Source: an uncultured cyanobacterium (GTDB lineage: Bacteria; Cyanobacteriota; Cyanobacteriia; Pseudanabaenales; Pseudanabaenaceae). Taken from it: a DNA stretch of 64,000 nt. The notes beneath the pieces are model-generated. The model saw nothing but the letters and a program-made list of their open reading frames with translations. It was not told where the DNA came from and did no database searches. Positions 1 through 9,463 of this stretch are shown piece by piece. Numbering within the stretch: position 1 is the stretch's first letter; every line of letters begins with the position of its first letter. Position numbers and translations under genes: made by a program. The DNA lies in contig OY969811.1 of assembly GCA_963703315.1 (NCBI GenBank), forward strand, positions 192,001-256,000, in the 5' to 3' direction.

Positions 1-107
1 ATACTTCAGGAGTAAAGGATCGCAAGCAAGGACGCTCTAAGTATGGTGCTAAGAGACCTAAACCCGGTCAAGCCCCAGCCGCAAGCACTGGCAAGAAGAA
101 AAAGTAA
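1..107 (+). CDS. rpsL: 30S ribosomal protein S12, 3' end (partial)
   Basis: Frame from nt 3 reads [34 protein letters not shown]; lies directly upstream of rpsG. Confidence 0.95.
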   Translation, partial: TSGVKDRKQGRSKYGAKRPKPGQAPAASTGKKKK

Positions 108-176
108 AAGCCCAGCATTAAGCAAGTCATTTAGTAAAATTAGCAATTCATTTTATAAGGTGAATTTAGTACCAAA

Positions 177-647
177 ATGTCCCGTAGAACGAAAGCGTCA
201 AAGCGCATAACTCCCCCTGATTCGGTTTATAACAGCCGTCTTATTAGTATGCTGATCCGTCGTGTAATGTCACGTGGTAAGCATTCTGTTGCCTCTCATA
301 TTGTTTATAAAGCCCTTGACACCATTGGCGAACGTACAGGCAACCCACCTCTAGAAGTATTTGACCGTGCAATTCGCAACGCAACCCCATTAGTTGAAGT
401 TAAGGCTCGTCGTGTTGGCGGTGCAACCTATCAAGTACCAATGGAAGTTCGTACTGATCGCGGTGTTGCTCTAGCTCTTCGCTGGTTAGTCCAATATTCT
501 CGCGCCCGTGCTGGACGTAGTATGGTCACCAAGTTAGCTAACGAGTTGCTCGATGCTGCTAATGAAACTGGTCAAACTATCCGTAAGCGTGAAGAAACAC
601 ACAAGATGGCAGAAGCAAATAAAGCCTTTGCTCACTACCGTTACTAA
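177..647 (+). CDS. rpsG: 30S ribosomal protein S7
   Basis: [11 protein letters not shown] and [15 protein letters not shown] motifs. Confidence 0.99.
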   Translation: MSRRTKASKRITPPDSVYNSRLISMLIRRVMSRGKHSVASHIVYKALDTIGERTGNPPLEVFDRAIRNATPLVEVKARRVGGATYQVPMEVRTDRGVALALRWLVQYSRARAGRSMVTKLANELLDAANETGQTIRKREETHKMAEANKAFAHYRY

Positions 648-726
648 CGTTAAAGAACCTTAGCTTACCTCGCTATACTATTCTTAATATAAATTCTCAA
701 TTCCTGATAAACACGAGGAAACTATT

Positions 727-2805
727 GTGGAACGCTCTATTGCCTTAGATAAGGTACGCAATATAGGTATTGCGGCGCATATTGACGCTGGTAAAACCAC
801 AACTACAGAGCGCATTCTGTTTTATTCTGGCGTTGTTCACAAAATAGGTGAAGTCCATGATGGAACCGCAACAACAGATTGGATGGCGCAAGAACGTGAA
901 CGCGGTATCACCATCACGGCGGCAGCAATCAGCACCAGTTGGAAAGACCACCGCATTAACATCATCGACACTCCTGGACACGTAGACTTCACCATTGAAG
1001 TAGAGCGCTCCATGCGTGTACTTGATGGCGTGGTTGCAGTTTTCTGTGCCGTCGGTGGCGTACAGCCTCAGTCTGAAACCGTATGGAGACAGGCAGATCG
1101 CTATAAAGTACCCCGCCTCGTATTCGTTAACAAAATGGATCGCATGGGTGCGAACTTTTTGCGAGTAAGAGAGCAGATTCGGAGTCGTTTTGGCTCTAAC
1201 GCAGTTCCAATCCAACTGCCAATCGGTAGTGAAGCCGAACTAGTGGGTATTATCGATCTCGTCAAAATGAAAGCCTATATCTACAAAGATGAAATAGGTA
1301 AGGATATCGACGAAGTGGATATTCCTGCTGATTTAGCTGATCTAGCCAATGATTGGCGCGGAAAGCTGCTTGAATCGGTGGCAGATTCCGATGACGTTCT
1401 CATGGAAAAATATCTTGAAGGTGAAGAACTCACTGAAGCTGAAGTTAGAGACGGTCTGCGTAAAGGAACCTTAAGTGGCAAGATCGTGCCGATGACTTGT
1501 GGCTCTGCCTTCAAAAATAAAGGTGTACAGCTACTACTAGATGCCGTTATCGATTACCTTCCTGCACCTAGCGATGTTAAACCCGTTCAAGGTTTACTAG
1601 CTAACGGTGAAGAAGCTATTCGTGAAGCTAAGGATGATGCGCCAATGTCAGCGCTTGCCTTCAAAATCATGTCTGACCCCTATGGTCGCCTTACCTTTGT
1701 ACGTGTCTACTCTGGCATCTTGAAGAAAGGTTCCTACGCGCTCAACTCTAGCAAGAACAAGAAGGAACGGATTTCCCGACTGATTATCTTGAAGGCTGAC
1801 GATCGCCAAGAGGTTGATGAACTGAGAGCAGGAGATCTAGGCGCAGTATTAGGACTCAAAGACACCTTCACTGGTGACACCCTTTGTGACGACACTGCAC
1901 CGATTGTTCTGGAAACTCTGTTTATTCCTGAGCCTGTTATTTCCGTAGCTGTTGAGCCAAAAACAAAGCAGGATATGGAAAAACTATCCAAGGCTTTGCA
2001 ATCTTTGTCTGAGGAAGATCCTACTTTCCGCGTAATGACAGATCCAGAGACCAATCAAACAATTATCTCTGGCATGGGTGAGCTTCACCTTGAAATTCTC
2101 GTTGATCGGATGAAGCGTGAGTTTAATGTTGAAGCGAACGTTGGTGCGCCTCAAGTGGCTTACCGTGAGACGATTCGCAGAACCGTTACCGATATTGAAG
2201 GTAAATTTGCCCGTCAGAGTGGTGGTAAGGGACAATATGGTCACGTTGTGATCAATTTAGAACCTACCGAACCAGGCACAGGATTTGAATTTGTATCGAA
2301 AATTGTGGGTGGTGTGATTCCTAAGGAATTCATCAAACCTTCAGAGCAAGGTATGAAGGAAGCTTGTGAATCGGGAATTCTGGCAGGCTATCCTGTGATT
2401 GACCTCAGAGCTACTCTCGTGCATGGTTCTTTCCATGATGTTGACTCTTCGGAAATGGCTTTCAAAATTGCTGGTTCGATGGCAATTAAAGAAGCTGTTA
2501 TGAAAGCTCAACCCGTATTGCTTGAACCAATGATGAAGGTTGAAGTAGAAACCCCTGAAGATTACATGGGCGATGTTATCGGTGACCTTAGTCGTCGTCG
2601 TGGCAATATTGCAGGTATGGATGACACTCCATCTGGCAAACGAGTCGAAGCAAGGGTTCCCTTGTCTGAGATGTTTGGTTATTCTACTGACCTACGCTCA
2701 TCAACTCAAGGTAGAGCAAGCTTCTCAATGGAATTTAGCCATTATGAAGAAGTACCTAAAAATGTGGCTGAAGCCATCATTGCTAAAAGCAAGGGCAAAG
2801 AGTAG
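727..2805 (+). CDS. fusA: Elongation factor G (GTG start)
   Basis: [23 protein letters not shown] motifs; str operon context. Confidence 0.99.
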   Translation: MERSIALDKVRNIGIAAHIDAGKTTTTERILFYSGVVHKIGEVHDGTATTDWMAQERERGITITAAAISTSWKDHRINIIDTPGHVDFTIEVERSMRVLDGVVAVFCAVGGVQPQSETVWRQADRYKVPRLVFVNKMDRMGANFLRVREQIRSRFGSNAVPIQLPIGSEAELVGIIDLVKMKAYIYKDEIGKDIDEVDIPADLADLANDWRGKLLESVADSDDVLMEKYLEGEELTEAEVRDGLRKGTLSGKIVPMTCGSAFKNKGVQLLLDAVIDYLPAPSDVKPVQGLLANGEEAIREAKDDAPMSALAFKIMSDPYGRLTFVRVYSGILKKGSYALNSSKNKKERISRLIILKADDRQEVDELRAGDLGAVLGLKDTFTGDTLCDDTAPIVLETLFIPEPVISVAVEPKTKQDMEKLSKALQSLSEEDPTFRVMTDPETNQTIISGMGELHLEILVDRMKREFNVEANVGAPQVAYRETIRRTVTDIEGKFARQSGGKGQYGHVVINLEPTEPGTGFEFVSKIVGGVIPKEFIKPSEQGMKEACESGILAGYPVIDLRATLVHGSFHDVDSSEMAFKIAGSMAIKEAVMKAQPVLLEPMMKVEVETPEDYMGDVIGDLSRRRGNIAGMDDTPSGKRVEARVPLSEMFGYSTDLRSSTQGRASFSMEFSHYEEVPKNVAEAIIAKSKGKE

Positions 2806-2828
2806 TCCTTTAAAATACTCTACCAATA

Positions 2829-2890
2829 CTCTATAAACTAGAGTAGCAATTACCCAAAATGCTCTATAAACTAGAGTAACAATTACCAAA
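2829..2890 (+). repeat. 33-bp-period tandem direct repeat between fusA and tufA
   Basis: CTCTATAAACTAGAGTAGCAATTACCCAAA at 2829 and CTCTATAAACTAGAGTAACAATTACCAAA at 2862. Confidence 0.85.
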
Positions 2891-2911
2891 GTTAAGGATA
2901 ATTACGAAAAA

Positions 2912-4144
2912 ATGGCACGCGCTAAATTTGAGAGAACCAAGCCCCACGTTAACATCGGTACTATTGGTCACGTTGATCACGGTAAAACCACTTTAACTGC
3001 TGCTATCACCATGTCCTTGGCAGCCGCAGGTCAAGCAACAGCTAAAGCTTATGACCAAATCGATGCTGCTCCTGAAGAAAAAGCTCGTGGTATCACGATC
3101 AATACTGCTCACGTTGAGTATCAAACCGTAGAGCGTCACTATGCTCACGTTGACTGTCCTGGACACGCTGACTATGTTAAGAACATGATCACTGGCGCTG
3201 CCCAAATGGATGGAGCAATTTTGCTCGTATCGGCTGCTGATGGACCTGAGCCTCAAACTCGCGAACACATCTTGCTTGCTCGTCAGGTAGGTGTACCTAA
3301 CCTCGTAGTTTTCTTGAACAAAGAAGACCAAATGGAAGGCGAAGAAGAACTAGTTGAACTAGTTGAACTTGAAGTTCGTGAATTGCTCTCCTCCTACGAC
3401 TTTGATGGCGACAATATTCCCATCACTCGTGGTTCTGCGCTGAAAGCTGTTGAACAGATGACCAAAGATCCTAAAACTGCTCGTGGAACCAATCCTTGGG
3501 TTGATAAGATTTGGACTTTGATGGATTCTGTGGATTCCTACATTCCTACTCCTGAGCGTGCAGTTGATAAGCCTTTCTTGATGGCTGTTGAAGACGTATT
3601 CTCGATCACTGGTCGTGGTACGGTCGCAACTGGTCGGATTGAGCGTGGTACTGTCAAGGTTGGCGATATCGTTGAACTCGTTGGTATTACTGATACCCGT
3701 ACAACTACCGTTACTGGTATTGAAATGTTCAAGAAGAGCTTGGATGAAGGTCTAGCTGGAGACAACGCAGGTCTATTGTTGCGTGGTATTCAGAAGGCTG
3801 ACATTGAGCGTGGTATGGTTTTGGCTAAGCCTAAGTCAATCAATCCTCACACTCAGTTTGAAGGTCAAGTTTACATTTTGACCGAGAAAGAAGGTGGTCG
3901 TAAGACTCCTTTCTTCCCCGGCTATCGTCCTCAGTTCTATGTACGTACAACTGACGTAACTGGAACCATTGTTACCTTCACAGCAGATGATGGTAGCGAT
4001 GCTGAAATGGTAATGCCTGGCGATCGCATCAAGATGACCGTTGAGTTGATCAACCCCATTGCGATCGAAAACGAAATGCGTTTCGCTATCCGTGAAGGCG
4101 GACGTACTGTTGGATCGGGTGTTGTAACTAAGATCATCAAGTAG
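2912..4144 (+). CDS. tufA: Elongation factor Tu
   Basis: [30 protein letters not shown] motifs. Confidence 0.99.
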   Translation: MARAKFERTKPHVNIGTIGHVDHGKTTLTAAITMSLAAAGQATAKAYDQIDAAPEEKARGITINTAHVEYQTVERHYAHVDCPGHADYVKNMITGAAQMDGAILLVSAADGPEPQTREHILLARQVGVPNLVVFLNKEDQMEGEEELVELVELEVRELLSSYDFDGDNIPITRGSALKAVEQMTKDPKTARGTNPWVDKIWTLMDSVDSYIPTPERAVDKPFLMAVEDVFSITGRGTVATGRIERGTVKVGDIVELVGITDTRTTTVTGIEMFKKSLDEGLAGDNAGLLLRGIQKADIERGMVLAKPKSINPHTQFEGQVYILTEKEGGRKTPFFPGYRPQFYVRTTDVTGTIVTFTADDGSDAEMVMPGDRIKMTVELINPIAIENEMRFAIREGGRTVGSGVVTKIIK

Positions 4145-4159
4145 TTTTTAGTTATCTAA

Positions 4160-4190
4160 CAAAAAAGCCTCGCATTGCGAGGCTTTTTTG
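4160..4190 (+). terminator. Intrinsic terminator of the str operon
   Basis: AAAAAAGCCTCGCA-T-TGCGAGGCTTTTTT hairpin followed by a T run. Confidence 0.9.
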
Positions 4191-4314
4191 TTTTTTAAGC
4201 GCGATCGCCTCTTTAATCTCGGTGAAAGTAAAGCGCGATCTCTTCTAGCCTTGTTTTGATATGACGTGAGATAGTTTGATACAATTCTATGTATATCCTA
4301 TGGCTTAAACGGCT

Positions 4315-4536
4315 ATGACTCTTCAGAAACTTCACGAACAAGTGCTAACGCTTTCCGAAGATGATCGTTGGGAATTAATCAACATCTTAATGAAATCGCT
4401 ACGTTCAAAACCTGTATTAACTGGCAAATACAAAGGAATTGCGTCAAGTTTAGTAGGCATTGCGAAAACTGACGCGCCTGCACCTACGGATGAAGAGGTT
4501 AAATCTATTTTAGAAACAAGGCTTTTGCAGAAGTAA
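4315..4536 (+). CDS. Putative antitoxin paired with a PIN toxin
   Basis: 73 aa; TAATG stop/start overlap with the downstream PIN gene. Confidence 0.7.
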   Translation: MTLQKLHEQVLTLSEDDRWELINILMKSLRSKPVLTGKYKGIASSLVGIAKTDAPAPTDEEVKSILETRLLQK

Positions 4537-4949
4537 TGAAAGTCTTATTTGATACGAATGTTTTACTAGATGCGGTATTGGCGCGTGTTCCGTTTGTCGA
4601 AAATGCTGCATATCTTTTAGAGTCAGTGGAACAAGAAAAGATTCAAGGATTTATCTCAGCTACGACTGTTACAGATATTCATTATTTGGTAAAGCGTCAT
4701 ACTAAAAGTGCAGAAATAGCGATCGCGACAATCTCGAAGTTGTTAATTTTAATGGAAATTTGTGCGGTTGATCGTGATGTGATCCAACAAGCGGTAAATA
4801 TGGGGTTGAGTGATTTTGAGGATGCTGTACAGGTTGCGACGGCAATGGCAAAAAGTTTAGATGCGATCATTACTCGTGATGGGGTGGGTTTTGTTGGTTC
4901 GCCCATTCCGATTATGTCGCCTGATGAACTGGTGAAACAGCTAAATTAA
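4536..4949 (+). CDS. PIN-domain (VapC-like) toxin
   Basis: VLFDTNVLLD, DFEDAVQ and IITRD PIN motifs. Confidence 0.9.
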   Translation: MKVLFDTNVLLDAVLARVPFVENAAYLLESVEQEKIQGFISATTVTDIHYLVKRHTKSAEIAIATISKLLILMEICAVDRDVIQQAVNMGLSDFEDAVQVATAMAKSLDAIITRDGVGFVGSPIPIMSPDELVKQLN

Positions 4950-5030
4950 ATCAATGTAACCGATCGCCTCTTTAATCTCTGTAAAAGTCAAGGGCTATCA
5001 TTTTTTTAATTAAATAGTGGGTATAAAATT

Positions 5031-5264
5031 CTACAAAATATCTTGTTTCCTCATCAAATCAGCCCCTCTAGGATTTAACTCATTAATAATGGTTAAAGCC
5101 TTCTCTTTTACAGTTTTCGCTAATTCGACTCTTGCTCGGAATTTTTGTTCAGCACTACTTTCTTCGGTGGAGTTAGACGCAAGGTCATATGCATTGAAAA
5201 ATTCATCGAATAGCCTCTTAAGAGTTTCTTCATATGCTTGAACAATCAGATCTTTGTCTACCAT
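5031..5264 (-). CDS. Hypothetical protein (77 aa)
   Basis: ATG-started helical ORF in an AT-rich island. Confidence 0.55.
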   Translation of the reverse strand: MVDKDLIVQAYEETLKRLFDEFFNAYDLASNSTEESSAEQKFRARVELAKTVKEKALTIINELNPRGADLMRKQDIL

Positions 5265-5367
5265 GTTGATATATATTGCATAAGCATGATTTTCTAAGTT
5301 ATATCACAGATTATAATTCAGTGTAAACATTACGCGCATAATCGATCACTTCTACTAACAAGATTTT

Positions 5368-5790
5368 ATGGAACAGATAGAATTTATTGCCCTAGTCTTA
5401 TTAGGTTTTGCGATTTACTTCAATTTTTTTGTTTTCTCTCCTAATAATATAGGTGGTGTTATATCTCCTATATTATCCATAAGTGTTCTCATCTTAGCGG
5501 GAGGCTTTGCTTACTTGGCTTTTTCTTGGAGATTCACAAAAGAAGGGAGAAAAGGCTTGGAGAATTATGAAAAGGCAAGATCTGAATTATGGGAAAGCCT
5601 AACTTCCGAAGAAAAAGCTATAAAAACTTATAAAATAAAACAAGGTGCAAAAAGATTTACAGCAGGATTAGGAATAGTTTTTTTGATGTTTGTGATAATT
5701 GGACTGATAAATATTTATAGTCAGCCAAAGTCAACACAAGATCCTAATCGCGGTTGCTACCTCTATATCAAAAAAAGAATCTGCCAGTGA
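5368..5790 (+). CDS. Hypothetical membrane protein (about 3 TM)
   Basis: Three hydrophobic segments; AT-rich. Confidence 0.65.
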   Translation: MEQIEFIALVLLGFAIYFNFFVFSPNNIGGVISPILSISVLILAGGFAYLAFSWRFTKEGRKGLENYEKARSELWESLTSEEKAIKTYKIKQGAKRFTAGLGIVFLMFVIIGLINIYSQPKSTQDPNRGCYLYIKKRICQ

Positions 5791-5825
5791 TATTTAGATA
5801 TCGAGATATCTAAATATCACTGGCA
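5782..5825. repeat. Perfect 21-bp-stem inverted repeat (terminator or REP-like)
   Basis: TGCCAGTGATATTTAGATATC-GA-GATATCTAAATATCACTGGCA, between convergent genes. Confidence 0.85.
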
Positions 5826-5928
5826 ATCTAATCAATCGATTAAAATCGCTTTTATTATTTAACAAAGTCCAACATATTTAAACTTCCATTAATCCCATAT
5901 CTGCGATCCAGCTTGTCAATATTTACAG

Positions 5929-6537
5929 TTAATTTTTTTGTAAAGACTTATATAAAGTATGCACCTTTAGATCATATTCTTCTTTAGTAAGTATCCCCAT
6001 TTGATATAAATCATAGAGTTTTTTCGCTGCTTCCATTGATTCATTACCCGATTTTATTGTTTCTCTCACAGATTGTTTTTGCTTGGCTGAATTTCGTTTT
6101 TCTTCTATGTTCAAATTCTTTAATTCATCTTTTAAATCTTTTTTCTGTTCCTTTAAAGACTTCAAACCCCCTTTAAGTTTTCGGATTTGCTCTTGAATTG
6201 TTCTCACTTTATTTTGAGCAATTTGTTTTCCATCTCGAATTTGCTCTCTTTTTTGGGCAACTTGCTTAGCTATCTCTGCATTTTTTGAAGCAGCGTTCTG
6301 CCGAACAGCACCTCTATATTTTGAACCAAATAGAAGACCATCCAAGCCCCGCCCCATTGCTTGAGTCTCAGCCCTCGCCTTTTGTGCCGAAATAGAAAGA
6401 TCTGAATTTGTTTCAACCCAAGATTGAACCTCTCTTTTTGCTAAATACAAGGAATCTGTTAGCCTTTTGATTTGCAATTCAATATTTTCAATTTGTGTCT
6501 CAATATTTATGAGCTTTTCATTAATTGAGTTATTCAT
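5929..6537 (-). CDS. Coiled-coil protein with C-terminal SHOCT-like motif
   Basis: Heptad-rich sequence; C-terminal KKLYDLYQMGILTKEEYDLK. Confidence 0.7.
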   Translation of the reverse strand: MNNSINEKLINIETQIENIELQIKRLTDSLYLAKREVQSWVETNSDLSISAQKARAETQAMGRGLDGLLFGSKYRGAVRQNAASKNAEIAKQVAQKREQIRDGKQIAQNKVRTIQEQIRKLKGGLKSLKEQKKDLKDELKNLNIEEKRNSAKQKQSVRETIKSGNESMEAAKKLYDLYQMGILTKEEYDLKVHTLYKSLQKN

Positions 6538-6652
6538 ACCGTTAACAATAAAAGCGTTAATAAATTCAGTATAAAGAATAAAGTACTAAGGGGACATATA
6601 AAATCTTATCCAGATTGGATTCAGACCTCTGCACAAACTCAATCAATATTCC

Positions 6653-6877
6653 TCAACTATCCAACTCCGCCAAAAAATCATTAACAGAACCAGATTTGAA
6701 TTTACCTTCTCGATACTCCTGCTGAACCTCTCGAACTTCTTTAACAACTTGCTGCCGTTGACGCAACTTCAAACGATTATTCAACACGCCAATTAAAGCA
6801 GCTTGATCGTCTAAAGACAAAGCATCTATAGCATTGAGAGCTTCTTGAAATAGAGACGTTTTTAAGGCTGGACTCAT
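6653..6877 (-). CDS. Orphan antitoxin-like protein, paralogue of 60364..60594
   Basis: FQEALNAIDALSLDDQAALIGVLNNR...EYREG aligns by eye with FESALDAVSQLSIDQQEMLIDILKKR...EYRSG. Confidence 0.65.
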   Translation of the reverse strand: MSPALKTSLFQEALNAIDALSLDDQAALIGVLNNRLKLRQRQQVVKEVREVQQEYREGKFKSGSVNDFLAELDS

Positions 6878-7364
6878 AGGATTATTTATGAAAATTTACA
6901 CTATAACCTCGGTAGTCATTATACTTCAGAAAAAAGTGATCGCCTTTACTGCACTGATTCACATATCGATTTAGCTGCAATCTCATAAACCAAGCATTTG
7001 TTTGACTTCACTCAAAGCGATCGCAATGTTTGGCACTAGTCAGTTAAACCGTGAGGCAGTGAAAGCCGCGCTAAGCTATTGCGATAGCCATTGAGATAGA
7101 GAGAATCAAGAATTTGTAGGGATTCAGGAATTTTTGAAACCATAATTTCTATCGCGTAAATTGGTTGGTTTATTTTGAAAGCTAATCTTTGTGAAATATT
7201 TAAGTGTGTCTAGAGTCTTATACATGGCTTATTTTCAGGATTATGTAATGTTCTGATTATATACAAATTACACGCTAAAGTATTACGACAGCCGATCCTC
7301 ACAAAATCGTCAAAAGATATAGAATAAACCTAGTCAAAACTACAGCAAGGAGTTTTTAGGAAAT

Positions 7365-7574
7365 ATGCAGCCAATCATTTTCCCCGGTTCGGCAGTACGT
7401 GTTGTCAATGAAGGTGATACCTACTATGGATTTCAAGGACAGGTACAGCGTGTAACTGATGGTCGAGTTGCCGTGATCTTTGGTGGTGGTAACTGGGAAA
7501 AAATCGTGTCATTTCGTGCCAATGAGTTAGAACTGATCGATACAACTGTAAGCTCTAAGGCTAAGAAGAAATAA
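7365..7574 (+). CDS. ndhS: NDH-1 subunit S
   Basis: [30 protein letters not shown]. Confidence 0.9.
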   Translation: MQPIIFPGSAVRVVNEGDTYYGFQGQVQRVTDGRVAVIFGGGNWEKIVSFRANELELIDTTVSSKAKKK

Positions 7575-7602
7575 TCGTGAGCAAGGAGATTGTGCAGTTG
7601 CA

Positions 7603-8130
7603 GTGACAAATTCACCGACTCCAGACAAGTCAATACATAGCTATGGTCGGTCGTCTGCGATATTTCTTGTACGCAGTGCGATTTTGGGCGTGAGTGCGAT
7701 CGCAGGTCTAGGGATTGGCTTAGCGATCGCCTTTGTGCGTCCAGATTTAGTATGGCAACCTTCATTTAATTTTTTAAATTATAAAAAGCAGCAATTTACA
7801 CTCTCATCGGAAGCCTTGTTTGATCTCGATAAGGCAAGCATTCGACCTGATAGTTTTCGATTACTCGATGAGGTCGCGGCTCAGTTACCCCTAGCTAAGG
7901 GTAAACGGGTGCGGATTAGTGGACATACAGATGTAAAAAGTGCTGGAGATGCGCTGACTCTGTCCTATCTCCGCGCATCGGCGGTGAAGGAGTATTTAGC
8001 AAGATTACGTGGCGAACAAACTTACTATTGGACAGTAATTGGGTATGGTGCTAGTCGTCCTTTGGCTAGTAGTGCTGCTGACGATAACAGCAAAAGTAAC
8101 CGCCGCATCGAGATTTTTGTAGATGACTAG
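7603..8130 (+). CDS. OmpA/MotB-like peptidoglycan-binding protein
   Basis: N-terminal TM; LFDLDKA, GHTD, LS..RA.AV..YL, NRRIEI. Confidence 0.85.
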   Translation: MTNSPTPDKSIHSYGRSSAIFLVRSAILGVSAIAGLGIGLAIAFVRPDLVWQPSFNFLNYKKQQFTLSSEALFDLDKASIRPDSFRLLDEVAAQLPLAKGKRVRISGHTDVKSAGDALTLSYLRASAVKEYLARLRGEQTYYWTVIGYGASRPLASSAADDNSKSNRRIEIFVDD

Positions 8131-8132
8131 AT

Positions 8133-9071
8133 ATGCAAATCACTTTTCTTGGGACTAGTTCGGGTGTGCCTACACGCGGACGCAATGTGTCTAGTGTGGC
8201 AGTGCGTTTACCCCAACGTGCAGAAGTTTGGCTGCTCGATTGTGGTGAGGCAACCCAGCACCAATTGCTGCGAAGTGATGTAAAAATTAGCCAAATTACG
8301 AAGATTTTCGTCACGCATATGCATGGTGATCATATTTTTGGTTTACCAGGGTTACTGGCTAGTTGTGGCATGGCAGGCAATGTTAGCCATATTGATATTT
8401 ATGGACCATCGGGTTTAGGAGAATATCTCGATGCTTGCTTGCGCTATAGCGAGACAAGGCTTTCCTATTCGATCAAGGTACATAAGGTCAAGGCGGGGCT
8501 AGTCTGCGAAGATGCAGAATTTTATATGATGGCGGCTCCGCTTAAGCATAAGGTGACAGCGCATGGTTATCGTCTCGTAGAACGCGATCGCGCTGGCAAG
8601 TTTGATGTCGATAAGGCGATCGCTATGAATATTCCCTCGGGCCCCATTTTTGGAGAACTGAAGCAGGGAAAGATGGTGACGCTTCCCGATGGACGCAAAA
8701 TCGATGGTAAGGAATTTTGTGGTACTCCGCAAATTGGCAGAAAGATTGCCTACTGCACGGATACGATTTTTTGTGATAGTTCAGTGGAACTGGCTCAGAA
8801 TGCTGATGTGCTGATCCATGAATCAACTTTTGCTCATAAAGATTCTGATATGGCGTTTCAGCGTTTGCATTCTACTAGCACGATGGCGGCGCAGGTGGCA
8901 CTTTTGGCAAATGTGAAGCAATTAATCATGACGCATTTTAGTCCTCGCTATGCTCCCGGTAATCCGATTTTGCTAGAGGATTTAGTCAAAGAGGCGAGAA
9001 TGATTTTTGCGAATACAATTCCTGCCCATGATTTTATGACCTATGAGATCTCTCCGACCCATGCAGCTTAG
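8133..9071 (+). CDS. rnz: Ribonuclease Z
   Basis: FLGTSSGVPT, THMHGDH, HESTF, THFSPRY. Confidence 0.97.
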   Translation: MQITFLGTSSGVPTRGRNVSSVAVRLPQRAEVWLLDCGEATQHQLLRSDVKISQITKIFVTHMHGDHIFGLPGLLASCGMAGNVSHIDIYGPSGLGEYLDACLRYSETRLSYSIKVHKVKAGLVCEDAEFYMMAAPLKHKVTAHGYRLVERDRAGKFDVDKAIAMNIPSGPIFGELKQGKMVTLPDGRKIDGKEFCGTPQIGRKIAYCTDTIFCDSSVELAQNADVLIHESTFAHKDSDMAFQRLHSTSTMAAQVALLANVKQLIMTHFSPRYAPGNPILLEDLVKEARMIFANTIPAHDFMTYEISPTHAA

Positions 9072-9112
9072 TTTTTTTGTGGCAAGGCTACGCCGCGCCA
9101 CAAAAAATTGGT

Positions 9113-9146
9113 TCTTCATGATCTCCTCACTTTTTTGATTGATAAT
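9113..9146 (+). promoter_or_regulatory. Cluster promoter motif, copy 1
   Basis: TCTTCA-N5-TCCTCA-N11-GATAAT. Confidence 0.6.
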
Positions 9147-9176
9147 TGTAGTTATTGACAAGTAGGAAGGCTTAGT

Positions 9177-9291
9177 TATAGCGGTAGCCAGTTATGTTAG
9201 GACAAACCCAAAACCCAAAAGAGAGTTGCGGCGCGTAGCGCCGCAACTCTCTTTTGGGTTTTATGTCTTAACTAAAATGGCTATAGCTATA
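9177..9291. mobile_element. MITE-like palindromic element, family A, copy 1 (115 bp)
   Basis: TATAGC...GCTATA ends; central AAAACCCAAAAGAGAGTTGCGGCGC hairpin; near-identical copies at 18187 and 50434. Confidence 0.85.
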
Positions 9292-9294
9292 TTT

Positions 9295-9369
9295 GTAGAA
9301 TGCGTTAGTGCAATGTAACGCATCAATTGGATAAAGATGATGGGTTACGCGATCGCTAAACCATCCTAC
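9295..9369. repeat. GTAG-type REP doublet (REPIN-like)
   Basis: GTAGAATGCGTTAG..GTAACGCATC ... GATGGGTTACGCGATCGCTAAACCATCCTAC; related copy at 21152. Confidence 0.8.
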
Positions 9370-9463
9370 ATTTAATTCTAAGTAGCTGGGCATAACTAAC
9401 AACCTACTTCCCTGATACCTAATGCCAATGCACTGAAGTGTTGCCATATTTATATGGAGCGCT

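Noticed and set aside
745..4140. Antisense and alternate-frame ORFs over fusA/tufA, and similar shadow ORFs elsewhere in the track
   Set aside because: They overlap confident genes, lack recognisable motifs and are explained by codon bias
7026..7094. Short ORF MFGTSQLNREAVKAALSYCDSH in the ndhS upstream gap
   Set aside because: Too short, with no RBS and no recognisable homology
7296..7325. TCCTCA-N5-TCGTCA upstream of ndhS as a sixth motif copy
   Set aside because: The direct repeat fits, but the -10-like TAGAAT is 7 nt away rather than 11; left as an unproven candidate
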